Shown piece after piece: positions 9,628 to 17,883 of a stretch of DNA of 20,000 nucleotides. Source of the DNA: an uncultured virus (IMG/VR IMGVR_UViG_3300010885_077351) (lineage: Duplodnaviria; Heunggongvirae; Uroviricota; Caudoviricetes); IMG/VR virus record IMGVR_UViG_3300010885_077351; one strand, 5' to 3'. The first letter of the stretch is position 1; each line of letters opens with the position of its first letter. A program made the translations under genes and the position numbers. The notes beneath the pieces were generated by a model. The model ran no database searches. It saw nothing but the letters and a program-made list of their open reading frames with translations, and was not told the DNA's origin.

Positions 9628-9640
9628 CTTTTATTATTTA
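9628..9640 (-). promoter_or_regulatory. late-promoter-like 13-mer TAAATAATAAAAG (copy 2)
   Basis: ATTAAATAATAAAAG upstream of ATG 9621; overlaps the previous stop codon. Confidence 0.45.
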
Positions 9641-9909
9641 ATAACTTTATTTTTATTATAAAGATATTGTGATTTTAAAAGACTATAAATGTTGTTAGGT
9701 AACTTTTCAACTTCTTCGAGTATTTTATTTTCAACACCGAAGAAAAACCTATCTTTAGGTACTTCTCTGTTTATATTTTTAGGAATAGAGATGAAATAAA
9801 AATTTTTATCATCCTTTTCCATGTAAACGAACATTTCACCTACATAATGCCCATTCTGAACAGCATATGGTATGCTTTTTTTAGGTTCAGGCTCTCGTTT
9901 AAAAATCAT
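9634..9909 (-). CDS. hypothetical phage protein
   Basis: ORF in the replication operon. Likely start is MIFKREPE (ATG 9909), overlapping the end of the upstream gene; the track start is 9927. Confidence 0.7.
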   Translation of the reverse strand: MIFKREPEPKKSIPYAVQNGHYVGEMFVYMEKDDKNFYFISIPKNINREVPKDRFFFGVENKILEEVEKLPNNIYSLLKSQYLYNKNKVIK

Positions 9910-10270
9910 CCCCACCATATTTGTCATTAAATTTACCCATTTGAATTGCGAAAAACTTCATTAGTAATGAATGTAATGCATCTGCATGTATGGGTGTATT
10001 ACATTTTGTTAAAGCTATAGGTACACCTTCACTATTATACCCTAATAACATAAAACAATCAAGAAATTCACTTATTGTACAAACAAGAGCATTATTAATA
10101 TCTTCAACCCCTTTGTTTTTCTTTACTTCTTTCAGTTTGTTAGAAAGAATTTCATTTATTAGATTTTTAATATCTATATTCGATTGCACCTTCTCAGTCT
10201 CATCTTGAGAAGGTGCTTTGGGAGTGATTTTTTTCCTTTTATATTTTTTAGGTTCATCACTCATAAACAT
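9899..10270 (-). CDS. hypothetical phage protein
   Basis: 123 aa, tightly packed in the operon. Second ATG (10264) is 5 nt after a TAAATA box. Confidence 0.75.
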   Translation of the reverse strand: MFMSDEPKKYKRKKITPKAPSQDETEKVQSNIDIKNLINEILSNKLKEVKKNKGVEDINNALVCTISEFLDCFMLLGYNSEGVPIALTKCNTPIHADALHSLLMKFFAIQMGKFNDKYGGDDF

Positions 10271-10272
10271 AT

Positions 10273-10626
10273 TTAATCCAGTTTATAAAACGGATTAGTT
10301 GTGTCATTTTGTGATATACCTTTTTCAAGCAAATATTCCACAATAACCTCAATAGAATGGGTTTTGATAAAGTAGTTACGAGGAAACCTCACCCCACCAT
10401 CATCAATTTCAAACATAATTTCATTAAGTTTTTCTTTATTTTGATAACATGTAATAAACACAGATGTAACACCTGGATCCACAAGAATAGTCCACTTACG
10501 TGGATCAGAAATCCCATATTTCTGGAATATTCTAAGAGTAATAAAACCACTATCTTTTAAACGCTTAATAAAATATCCTGATGTTTTAAGCTTATTTTTG
10601 TCTTGGTATGTTAGTATGTGGTCCAT
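10273..10626 (-). CDS. hypothetical phage protein
   Basis: 117 aa, globular-looking ORF packed 1-2 nt from both neighbours. Confidence 0.75.
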   Translation of the reverse strand: MDHILTYQDKNKLKTSGYFIKRLKDSGFITLRIFQKYGISDPRKWTILVDPGVTSVFITCYQNKEKLNEIMFEIDDGGVRFPRNYFIKTHSIEVIVEYLLEKGISQNDTTNPFYKLD

Positions 10627-10627
10627 G

Positions 10628-11338
10628 TTATTGTGTGAGTGATGATAAAATATATCTTAATTTAAGCGGCCCTTGATCAATATCAAATATAAGTACCCCA
10701 TACTTATTATTGATCGATACACTTACATTATCTGAATTAATAAGTTTAAAGTTATCAAAGTTAATAGGTATATTTTTAAGTTAATTACCAACTATATTTT
10801 TACCTACTTGCAATTGAAATGAATCTGTATTATGTCTAGCTTTATCTGTAAGCTCACACTTTACCATACCATCTTCAAGATAAAAATAAATTTTATTAGT
10901 TTCGGTAGTAAAAGTAGAAGCTTTATTAATTTTACTAAAATCCTCTTTTACCAACTCAAAAGTAAAGTCGGTATCAAAGGACATAATCTTTTCAGGTTTA
11001 ACTGAAGGGGGTGCAATGAAATCATCTTCAAAAAGGTGATATTTAAATTTAATTTCTGGGGATTTATACTCCAGGTTATTTTGATTAACCTGGAGTTCAA
11101 TTTCATCACTATTAATACAGTCTAAAACTCGATTAAGTTTTTTTAAGTCCGGTATACATAAGGATCTTTCGGATTCATTCGAATGGTTTAGAATCGCGTA
11201 AAGGATCAACGTATTGTCCGTCGACGTTACTATCGACGATATTTTCTCCTTCTCCACTTTCACTATACACTGATCGTTTATCTTCGCTAGAGACTCTAGA
11301 AACTTTTCGATTTGTTGCTTTTTTAACTTTAACTTCAT
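10628..11338 (-). CDS. gp45: T4 gp45-like DNA polymerase sliding clamp, 236 codons with one in-frame TAA (10781-10783)
   Basis: gp45-like pattern (LAKIND, LCIPDLKKLNRVL, KFKYHL..DDFIAPP, FTFELVKEDFSKINKAS, LTDK...TDSF). After the TAA the frame continues for 50 codons (IPINFDNFKLI...VSINNKYGVLIF...LRYILS), matching the gp45 C-terminal strands, and ends 1 nt before the next ATG. Confidence 0.8.
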
Positions 11339-11696
11339 ATTGTGTGAATAATTCTACTAACTTACCAAGATTGCTTTCAATACCTTTTAATATAGAAACA
11401 ATATCTGAATTATCAACTAGTTGAATAGGTCTAGATTCTTGTGGGTGTTGAATAACATGTGGTAAATTAACAGTATTTGGTGGTAGTTGAGGTGGTGGAG
11501 CAAATTGAGGTTGTGGTGGTGGAGGTGGCTGAGCATTTCTCAACGTACTCTCAAACAACTGCTTAACCTGCTCACTTTGAGGTCTCAAATGAGCTGATTG
11601 ACCAACTAAATTTTGATCAATTTTTCTAGCCTCACCATAAACGCTACCCATTAAATTGAGTAGCATTTTTTGTTGTTCAATTGCGTCTGGGTTCAT
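11175..11696 (-). CDS. hypothetical Pro/Gln-rich, probably partly disordered protein
   Basis: 173 aa. ATGA-coupled to the gp32 stop. Contains QPPPPPQPQFAPPPQLPP. Last 164 nt overlap the clamp gene. Confidence 0.75.
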   Translation of the reverse strand: MNPDAIEQQKMLLNLMGSVYGEARKIDQNLVGQSAHLRPQSEQVKQLFESTLRNAQPPPPPQPQFAPPPQLPPNTVNLPHVIQHPQESRPIQLVDNSDIVSILKGIESNLGKLVELFTQYEVKVKKATNRKVSRVSSEDKRSVYSESGEGENIVDSNVDGQYVDPLRDSKPFE

Positions 11697-12544
11697 AGAT
11701 CTTTAAGAAGTTCATCGATATCAGCATCTTCAATACTAGAAGAATTAACTGATGGTTGCTTAACCTTATTACTAAGCTCTGCAATCGCTTCATCTGCTTC
11801 AGGTAATGAAGTTGTAGTTTCACGGTCTTCAGCGGTCTTACAATAAAAATGCTCATCAAGCATTTGCTTAAGCTCATCTTCAGTCTTAACCCGGAATACA
11901 TTTTCAAGGTCATGTGTAGACTCAAGAACTTCATCTTGCTTGGATTCACTCAAACCAAGATCTTTACCCACAGAAGTAAATCGTGAAGAAGTATATACTG
12001 GATAGTCACCTTGCTTTTCAACCTTAATCTTCAAGTTAACACCTTCTTTAGATAGATCAAAAACTCGCATACCGAACTCTTCAGCTTCATCACCACTAAT
12101 AGCGCTATTGATAATATTACCAAGCTGTTTACCATAACGAAGAATTTTTACTTTGCCGTTATTTTCTGGCTTAGACGGATCATCAATTACATAAACATTA
12201 GTAAGCCATTGTTCGGCACGACGAATAGTTTTCATTTTCTCTTTTTCTTCTTCAGTACCGGTACGAAGAACTTTATATCTTTCTTCAGCAATAGGATCAC
12301 GTTCACCGAATGTAGTAGGTGAAATAGCACTTACATACTTACCAGTAGCAAGAGAATTCCAACCATGCGTAAAATGATGAAAAAGAGACTGCTTTGGATT
12401 TTTTGTATTAGGTAGAAGCCTTACTGTATAGGTATTACCAGGTTTAAGTTGCATAATATCTTGCAAACTTCCTTGCTTATTATCTTGCGAAGTTAAAGCT
12501 TCTTTAATGGAATCGAACATTGACGTTAGGTTATATTTACTCAT
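11693..12544 (-). CDS. gp32: T4 gp32-like single-stranded DNA-binding protein
   Basis: VRLLP, HGW, SPTTFGERDPIAE, NVYVIDDPSKPENNGKVKILRYGKQL, FDL..G.NLKIKV, Y..S.F, acidic tail ending DIDELLKDL. Confidence 0.9.
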   Translation of the reverse strand: MSKYNLTSMFDSIKEALTSQDNKQGSLQDIMQLKPGNTYTVRLLPNTKNPKQSLFHHFTHGWNSLATGKYVSAISPTTFGERDPIAEERYKVLRTGTEEEKEKMKTIRRAEQWLTNVYVIDDPSKPENNGKVKILRYGKQLGNIINSAISGDEAEEFGMRVFDLSKEGVNLKIKVEKQGDYPVYTSSRFTSVGKDLGLSESKQDEVLESTHDLENVFRVKTEDELKQMLDEHFYCKTAEDRETTTSLPEADEAIAELSNKVKQPSVNSSSIEDADIDELLKDL

Positions 12545-12554
12545 AGTATATCTT

Positions 12555-12582
12555 ATTATAAATTAGGTTTTGATAAATTCAA
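12555..12582 (-). promoter_or_regulatory. sigma70-like promoter TTGAAT-N16-TATAAT
   Basis: -35 at 12582-12577, -10 at 12560-12555, 10 nt to ATG 12544. Confidence 0.65.
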
Positions 12583-13245
12583 CAGTTTTTTTTCAATTAT
12601 TTTTAATCCTTCTCTAATTACTATTTTAAGTCTTTGAGATGCAATAAATCTATTTCGGGTTTTGTAAAATAGATCGTAAAAATCTTTACAATAAAAGTCT
12701 AATAACTCTGGTTCTACACTCTTAATTTGTTTTTCCACATCTAACCCATGTAATATATAGAAATTAATTAAATGGGATTTGAGGTTAATTAAAAATAACG
12801 GTACGGGTGGTTGTGATGTCTTGTACTGTGATAGAGTTATACTATTTTGCAAACACTGATTGTATATATTTTTAAGAGCATCTTTACAATCTTGAATAGT
12901 TAGCTCATTATCTGGGTCTTGAGTTTCTTTTTTTCTCATATATTGAGAATAAGCAATAATTGCCTTTCTCATATGATAAAAACTCAAATCAAAATATTCT
13001 TCTTTTGAATAAATTTCATATGGTGCCCAGAAAAAGTCATTACATGAAATTGTCTGGTTTGTATTAAAAAATACACCGAGTTTTTTTAGACTGATATAAA
13101 TTTCATCTGATATATCAGTAAAATTTTGTCTTAATCTGAATGGTTTGTTTTTAGCTTTTTTGGATGCAATTAAGAATGCATTATAAATTCTCTTTTCATC
13201 TTCTGTGATATCATTTTTTGAGAGAATTGATGTATTTTGTGACAT
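12556..13245 (-). CDS. hypothetical basic protein; positional candidate for gp59-like helicase loader
   Basis: 229 aa, basic/aromatic, directly upstream of gp32 as gene 59 is in T4. Function is inferred from size and position only. Confidence 0.6.
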   Translation of the reverse strand: MSQNTSILSKNDITEDEKRIYNAFLIASKKAKNKPFRLRQNFTDISDEIYISLKKLGVFFNTNQTISCNDFFWAPYEIYSKEEYFDLSFYHMRKAIIAYSQYMRKKETQDPDNELTIQDCKDALKNIYNQCLQNSITLSQYKTSQPPVPLFLINLKSHLINFYILHGLDVEKQIKSVEPELLDFYCKDFYDLFYKTRNRFIASQRLKIVIREGLKIIEKKLLNLSKPNL

Positions 13246-13498
13246 ATTTTGACTTTGTAATTGTATTATCGTAATCTATAAACATTTTAACTATTTCAAA
13301 GTAAGAATCAACGTCTAAAATTCTCTTTAATATGTTTTTCAATTTTATATCTTTAAGAATCAATAGAAATACGTTTTGAAAAGAAAGTTTTTTACCAACT
13401 AGAAGTGTACAAAATGTACAAAAAGATAATAAAGAGTGCTCTGTTTCATCTTCAACCAAAAAGTGGGCTGGATTATAGTTTTTGTTTGTAATTAACAT
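13211..13498 (-). CDS. hypothetical phage protein
   Basis: 95 aa ORF overlapping both neighbours in the operon. Confidence 0.7.
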   Translation of the reverse strand: MLITNKNYNPAHFLVEDETEHSLLSFCTFCTLLVGKKLSFQNVFLLILKDIKLKNILKRILDVDSYFEIVKMFIDYDNTITKSKYVTKYINSLKK

Positions 13499-13818
13499 GG
13501 CTTGAAATGTTTGGTTAGACCTAAAAATTCTTTAGTGAATGAGAAAATATGGCCTGAGCCTTTATTAAACACCTTTTTGTTAAAATCATTGATGTTAACA
13601 TCAGAAATTTCACTCTTATACACAACAACCTCTTTGTTTTTAGTGTTAACAACTAGTAAAACATCGCAGTTAAACTTCTTTTGGCATAATTTAATAAATT
13701 CAGGTGTTACAACACCAGTATCAAAAAAACTTACAAACATTTTACCGTTGAGTTTTAGTTGAAAAAACTGTGTTGTTTTGAATTTTTCTTTAAGGTAATC
13801 TATAAAGCTTTGGTTCAC
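13492..13818 (-). CDS. hypothetical protein resembling a degenerate stand-alone DHHA1 domain
   Basis: 108 aa, GTG start. CDVLLVVN...VVVYKS...DVNINDF...FNKGSGH resembles the DHHA1 'VSxR...D...A..FGGGGH' layout. Confidence 0.5.
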   Translation of the reverse strand: MNQSFIDYLKEKFKTTQFFQLKLNGKMFVSFFDTGVVTPEFIKLCQKKFNCDVLLVVNTKNKEVVVYKSEISDVNINDFNKKVFNKGSGHIFSFTKEFLGLTKHFKPC

Positions 13819-13846
13819 CTCATTATTTAGAGGTTACTCCAAATAA

Positions 13847-15166
13847 TCAACTCGCAAACATACTCAATGAACTTAACATTTCACTTTCCATACCACCTGT
13901 TTGGCCATCTGCTTCTGAAATAGTTAAAGTTGAATAATCTATTTTCATTGATGTAGTTGTTCCACGTGCTCCAAATCGGTTTTTCATCATACCCATTTTA
14001 ATAATCTCTAGTTCTCTATCTTCATCATTCTGGAAGATAGAAACAATAACATCTGCAGTAGCTGCAAGACCGATAGACTCACTAATAGTATTAAGATCAG
14101 GGTTAGAAACATCAAATCCTGAACGATTAAGCTGGGTTGCACTAATAACAGGACAGCTAAAGATGTATGACATAGCACGAACCTGCTCAGTTACATGTTT
14201 AATACGTTCATAACTGTTATTACCCATTGGAGAATGTAGTAGATTCAAGTAATCTAACACAATAGCATCAATTTTAATACCTTTATCTTCAATTTTTTTA
14301 ATGAAAGCTTGAATCTGCCTTGGAGTCATTGTTGCAGGAGGAAATTCTTTGATAAGAATCTTACCACCTGGCTTATTTTTCTTAATATCTTCAATGGCTG
14401 CTTTAAGAGATCCAGTCTCTAAATGAAGAGTCTTCATTGGAATCTTACTTACATTAGTACAAATACGTTTCGCATACAATATTTCAGGCATTTCTAACGT
14501 AATTAACAGTACAGTTTTATTCTGATCTGCTATATTAGCTGCAATATTGCCGAGAAAAATAGATTTACCAATATTAGTCTCACCTGCAAAGACATATAAA
14601 GCTCGACCATCTCTCATAAAGCCCCCACCAATATAATCATCCAACCAAGGCCATGTACTTGGAATAGTTTCCTGTACATCCTGGATTTGCTTGATTACAT
14701 TATCAATATCTGCATACAAGTCTAATCCAACATCAGTCTGCAAAGATATATTACAGCTTTTTTCAAATTTATCAAGAATTGCAGAGGTATCAGCCTTATT
14801 ACTTGAAATATCAGCAGCAACCTCAAGTAAAGTACTAAAAACAGCCTTCTCTTTTAAAAATTGCTCGGTATTTTCATACAATTCATCTTCGTTGAAGCTT
14901 TTATCAAGGCTTTGAAAGCTGGTAAGCACGTTTTTAAATGATGATCTACTTACTTCATCACCACAATACTGCTTTATTTCCGTTAAATTAGGTAATTCAT
15001 TGCGAACATCATAAAATCCTTTGATAATCTCAAATATTTTTTTATTATCTCTGTTTTTAAAATAATCTGATTTGGTGTAATCAATAGTAGTTGCAAGATA
15101 TCGTTTATCTGTACAGCATTTATACAAAAAGATATTCTCAAAAAAGTCCAAGTCTAATTTTAACAT
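13847..15166 (-). CDS. gp41: T4 gp41-like (DnaB family) replicative helicase
   Basis: Walker A AGETNIGKS, LITLEM, LIKEFP, Walker B IVLDYLNL, SATQLNR, SESIGLAATAD, MKNRFG. Confidence 0.95.
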   Translation of the reverse strand: MLKLDLDFFENIFLYKCCTDKRYLATTIDYTKSDYFKNRDNKKIFEIIKGFYDVRNELPNLTEIKQYCGDEVSRSSFKNVLTSFQSLDKSFNEDELYENTEQFLKEKAVFSTLLEVAADISSNKADTSAILDKFEKSCNISLQTDVGLDLYADIDNVIKQIQDVQETIPSTWPWLDDYIGGGFMRDGRALYVFAGETNIGKSIFLGNIAANIADQNKTVLLITLEMPEILYAKRICTNVSKIPMKTLHLETGSLKAAIEDIKKNKPGGKILIKEFPPATMTPRQIQAFIKKIEDKGIKIDAIVLDYLNLLHSPMGNNSYERIKHVTEQVRAMSYIFSCPVISATQLNRSGFDVSNPDLNTISESIGLAATADVIVSIFQNDEDRELEIIKMGMMKNRFGARGTTTSMKIDYSTLTISEADGQTGGMESEMLSSLSMFAS

Positions 15167-15172
15167 TACATT

Positions 15173-15200
15173 ATAATAGTAGCTAGATATAGTATATCAA
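15173..15200 (-). promoter_or_regulatory. sigma70-like promoter TTGATA-N16-TATTAT
   Basis: -35 at 15200-15195, -10 at 15178-15173, 6 nt to ATG 15166. Confidence 0.6.
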
Positions 15201-15231
15201 GATGGTAATTGTGGTATATTTTTTAAACAGT

Positions 15232-15239
15232 ATTAAATA
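15232..15239 (+). promoter_or_regulatory. late-promoter-like box ATTAAATA
   Basis: Intergenic, 5 nt upstream of ATG 15245; same spacing as at 4210 and 17884. Confidence 0.6.
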
Positions 15240-15244
15240 ACCAT

Positions 15245-16501
15245 ATGAATAGACGTGAATTTATACGAGTTGGTGCTGCTGGTTCGATGTTATTGCCTGA
15301 TTTTTTAAGAGCTCAATCACAAAACAAAGCAAAAGCAACATAAGTTGTACAGATTTATTTGCCAGGTGGTATGAGTCATCAAGATTCATGGGATTACAAG
15401 CCATTTGCACCATCTGAATATAGAGGACCATTTGATCCAATTAAAACAAAAATTGACGATGTGACTTTTGGGTCACTTCTTAAAGAAACTGCTAAGATTA
15501 GTGATAATTTAACTGTTATCCGTTCAATGACACATGGCGAAGCTGCTCATGAGCGTGGAACACATAATATGTTGACTGGTTATAAGCCATCACCAGCACT
15601 AAGCTACCCATCTTTTGGTAGTGTTATTAGTCATGAATTAGGAAATCGCAACAATTTACCAGCATACGTTCTTGTTCCAAACCAATTTGCACCAGAAAAT
15701 GGTACAGGTTATCTATCAACAAAATATGGAGCATTTTCTCTAGGTTCTAACCCAGAAGATCCAGGATTTGCTGTTAAAGATCTCAATTCACCTGCAGGTA
15801 TTAATGATAAAGCATTTGATAGACGTCGTAACCTACTTGGTGCTGTTGATGAACACTTTAAAACCCGTGAATCTAATGTAGATGCTGTTAAAGCAATGGA
15901 TTCGTTTTATAATGATGCATATGCAATGATGTCGTCAACACAAGCACGTGAAGCGTTTGAGTTATCAAAAGAACCAGATGTGGTAAAAGATGCATATGGT
16001 CGTAATGCAGCTGGGCAACGGCTGTTATTATCTCGTAGATTGATTGAAGCTGGTGTAAGAATGGTTACAGTAACGTATGGTTCATGGGATCACCACTCAA
16101 ATCTTAAAGGATCATATGAGCAAAACATGATTAACTTTGATAGAGCCTTTGCTGCATTCATTACAGACCTTAAACAACGTGGTTTACTTAGCTCTACACT
16201 GGTAATGGTAACATCTGAATTTGGTAGAACACCAAAAATTAACGCAACTAATGGTAGAGATCATTGGCCAAGAGTATTTTCAACAGTACTAGCAGGTGGT
16301 GGTGTCAAATCCGGATATGCTTATGGTACATCCGATGCTTTAGCTTCAGAACCAGATAATAATCCAGTAACTCCTGGTCAACTAGCTGCTACAATGTATA
16401 GTTTAATAGGTGTTTCACCAAGAAAGAAGCTAATGACACCAGATTTAAGACCGATTGAAGTCGTTTATAACGATTCACCAATTGAAGATATCTTAGTTTG
16501 A
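15245..16501 (+). CDS. second DUF1501 family protein with Tat signal peptide, 418 codons with one in-frame TAA (15341-15343)
   Basis: ATG 15245 gives MNRREFIRVGAAGSMLLPDFLRAQSQNKAKAT*VVQIYLPGGMSHQDSWD, in frame with track ORF 15359..16501. Motifs VIRSMTH, PSFGS, AGQRLLLSRRLIEAGVR, WDHH, SEFGRTP, GRDHWP. Confidence 0.9.
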
Positions 16502-17137
16502 CCACTTATTCAAGAACCATTCTTGACCATTATTCCACTCATCTGTAAATTCTTTCAATCCAGGTGACGCATGAGTGATAGTTATATCACCTACACCGAT
16601 TTTAAAGCCAGCTTTATGGCAAGCCATTGAAAAGTCTAGGTCATAAAAGTGAAACCCAGCAGGATTTGTTTCATCAAACCTTACTTTTTGTAATACTTCT
16701 GTTTTAACAGCCATAAACACACCATCAATTAGTATAACACGATCAGGATAACTACCAAAACTGGTCATAAACTTGGTACCTGTAGGTTCACATAGATGAG
16801 CTACAGCTCCTCTATGATGTTTTCTATTACTCATTAGATGCCATAATGCTGGTTTCTGTAATTTTGCTTCTCTTGTTCCTGCTAGCCCTACAACATCAAA
16901 GTTTGTTCCAAGATTATAGAGTTGCCTTTCAATTGCTTCAGGTGCTTCTATAATAACATCATCATGTACGAATACAATCCAGTCTGATAATATAAAATCG
17001 TCAATAGCATCATTATAGACAATAGGTAAAGGGTCTGTATTGTTTGCTGCCCAAGATACATCATATATATCTTTTGTGCTGCGATATAGTAAAGTTGATT
17101 TTGGATCACCTTTGGTTGCTGATACGAATTTTATCAT
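16493..17137 (-). CDS. GT-A fold glycosyltransferase (GT2-like)
   Basis: YNDAI, IVFVHDDV (DxD-type), VVGLAG, LIDGVFMAV, RFDE, FHFYDLDFS, ITHAS motifs. Confidence 0.85.
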   Translation of the reverse strand: MIKFVSATKGDPKSTLLYRSTKDIYDVSWAANNTDPLPIVYNDAIDDFILSDWIVFVHDDVIIEAPEAIERQLYNLGTNFDVVGLAGTREAKLQKPALWHLMSNRKHHRGAVAHLCEPTGTKFMTSFGSYPDRVILIDGVFMAVKTEVLQKVRFDETNPAGFHFYDLDFSMACHKAGFKIGVGDITITHASPGLKEFTDEWNNGQEWFLNKWSN

Positions 17138-17835
17138 ATAATTAAGAATGGGGAGTTAGGTTTGAATTTACCAACTTCTTTAAATTTATACTCTTTTGTA
17201 AGTTTAACAACCTTTCCTTCAGGTAATTCAACCCAACCCTTTCCTTTAATAGACGAATAACTACCATTATCATTAATATAGAGGGTACTACCTTGTCTTA
17301 CTAGGTAGACGTTAAGGGATGTAGTGTTAACAATACAGAGAGCAAACGTCCCATTAAGTCTCTCGCATATCGTTTCAATTATTTTAACTTCATCAGTAGA
17401 AGAAGATCGAGATTTATTACCTTTGAGCTCATTCCATTTTTCTTGAATCATACACACAATAACAGATGTATCTACAGGATTTTCATTCCAATTACAATAT
17501 TGTTCATTCAAACTTTCATGATTTGTTAAAACACCATTATGAAACACAAGCCAATCTTCTTGCTCAAATGGATGTGATGTATCATAGTTATATTTTCTTA
17601 CTGAAGATGTTGGAGCTTGTACATGCCCCATATAGTAAGCATGGTTTTTAGGTTTGAGCTTTTGCTTTTCGAAGTTAATATAACCTTCCTGCTTTAAAAT
17701 ACTTACATCGTCAACATTACCAGCTGGTGCTTTCATCAGCGTTAGTAATGACGATGCAAAGTTTCCACGAGCTTTATTAGCTTCATATAAAACTTCAAAC
17801 ATTGATTGATCGGCTGAACCGAATATAGAACACAT
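17134..17835 (-). CDS. class II (Ntn) glutamine amidotransferase-like protein
   Basis: N-terminal MC nucleophile, RG, GHVQAPT, SHPF, HNGVLTN, VDTSVI, GTFA motifs; stand-alone domain. Confidence 0.85.
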   Translation of the reverse strand: MCSIFGSADQSMFEVLYEANKARGNFASSLLTLMKAPAGNVDDVSILKQEGYINFEKQKLKPKNHAYYMGHVQAPTSSVRKYNYDTSHPFEQEDWLVFHNGVLTNHESLNEQYCNWNENPVDTSVIVCMIQEKWNELKGNKSRSSSTDEVKIIETICERLNGTFALCIVNTTSLNVYLVRQGSTLYINDNGSYSSIKGKGWVELPEGKVVKLTKEYKFKEVGKFKPNSPFLII

Positions 17836-17870
17836 AATATATTAAATATAGACGTTAATACACAAAAAAA

Positions 17871-17878
17871 TATAAATA
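17871..17878 (+). promoter_or_regulatory. T4-type late promoter TATAAATA
   Basis: Exact T4 late consensus, 5 nt upstream of ATG 17884. Confidence 0.75.
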
Positions 17879-17883
17879 ATTTT

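Noticed and set aside
11470..11535. GGT/GGA-rich stretch as a DNA repeat element
   Set aside because: Explained by polyproline coding on the minus strand.
11677..11949. 90-aa alternative-frame ORF inside gp32
   Set aside because: Almost fully nested in gp32, with no recognisable features; a shadow ORF.
15359..15361. TTG start for DUF1501 #2
   Set aside because: It would cut the conserved first strand and remove the Tat signal. The in-frame ATG 15245 has an RR motif and a correctly spaced promoter box.
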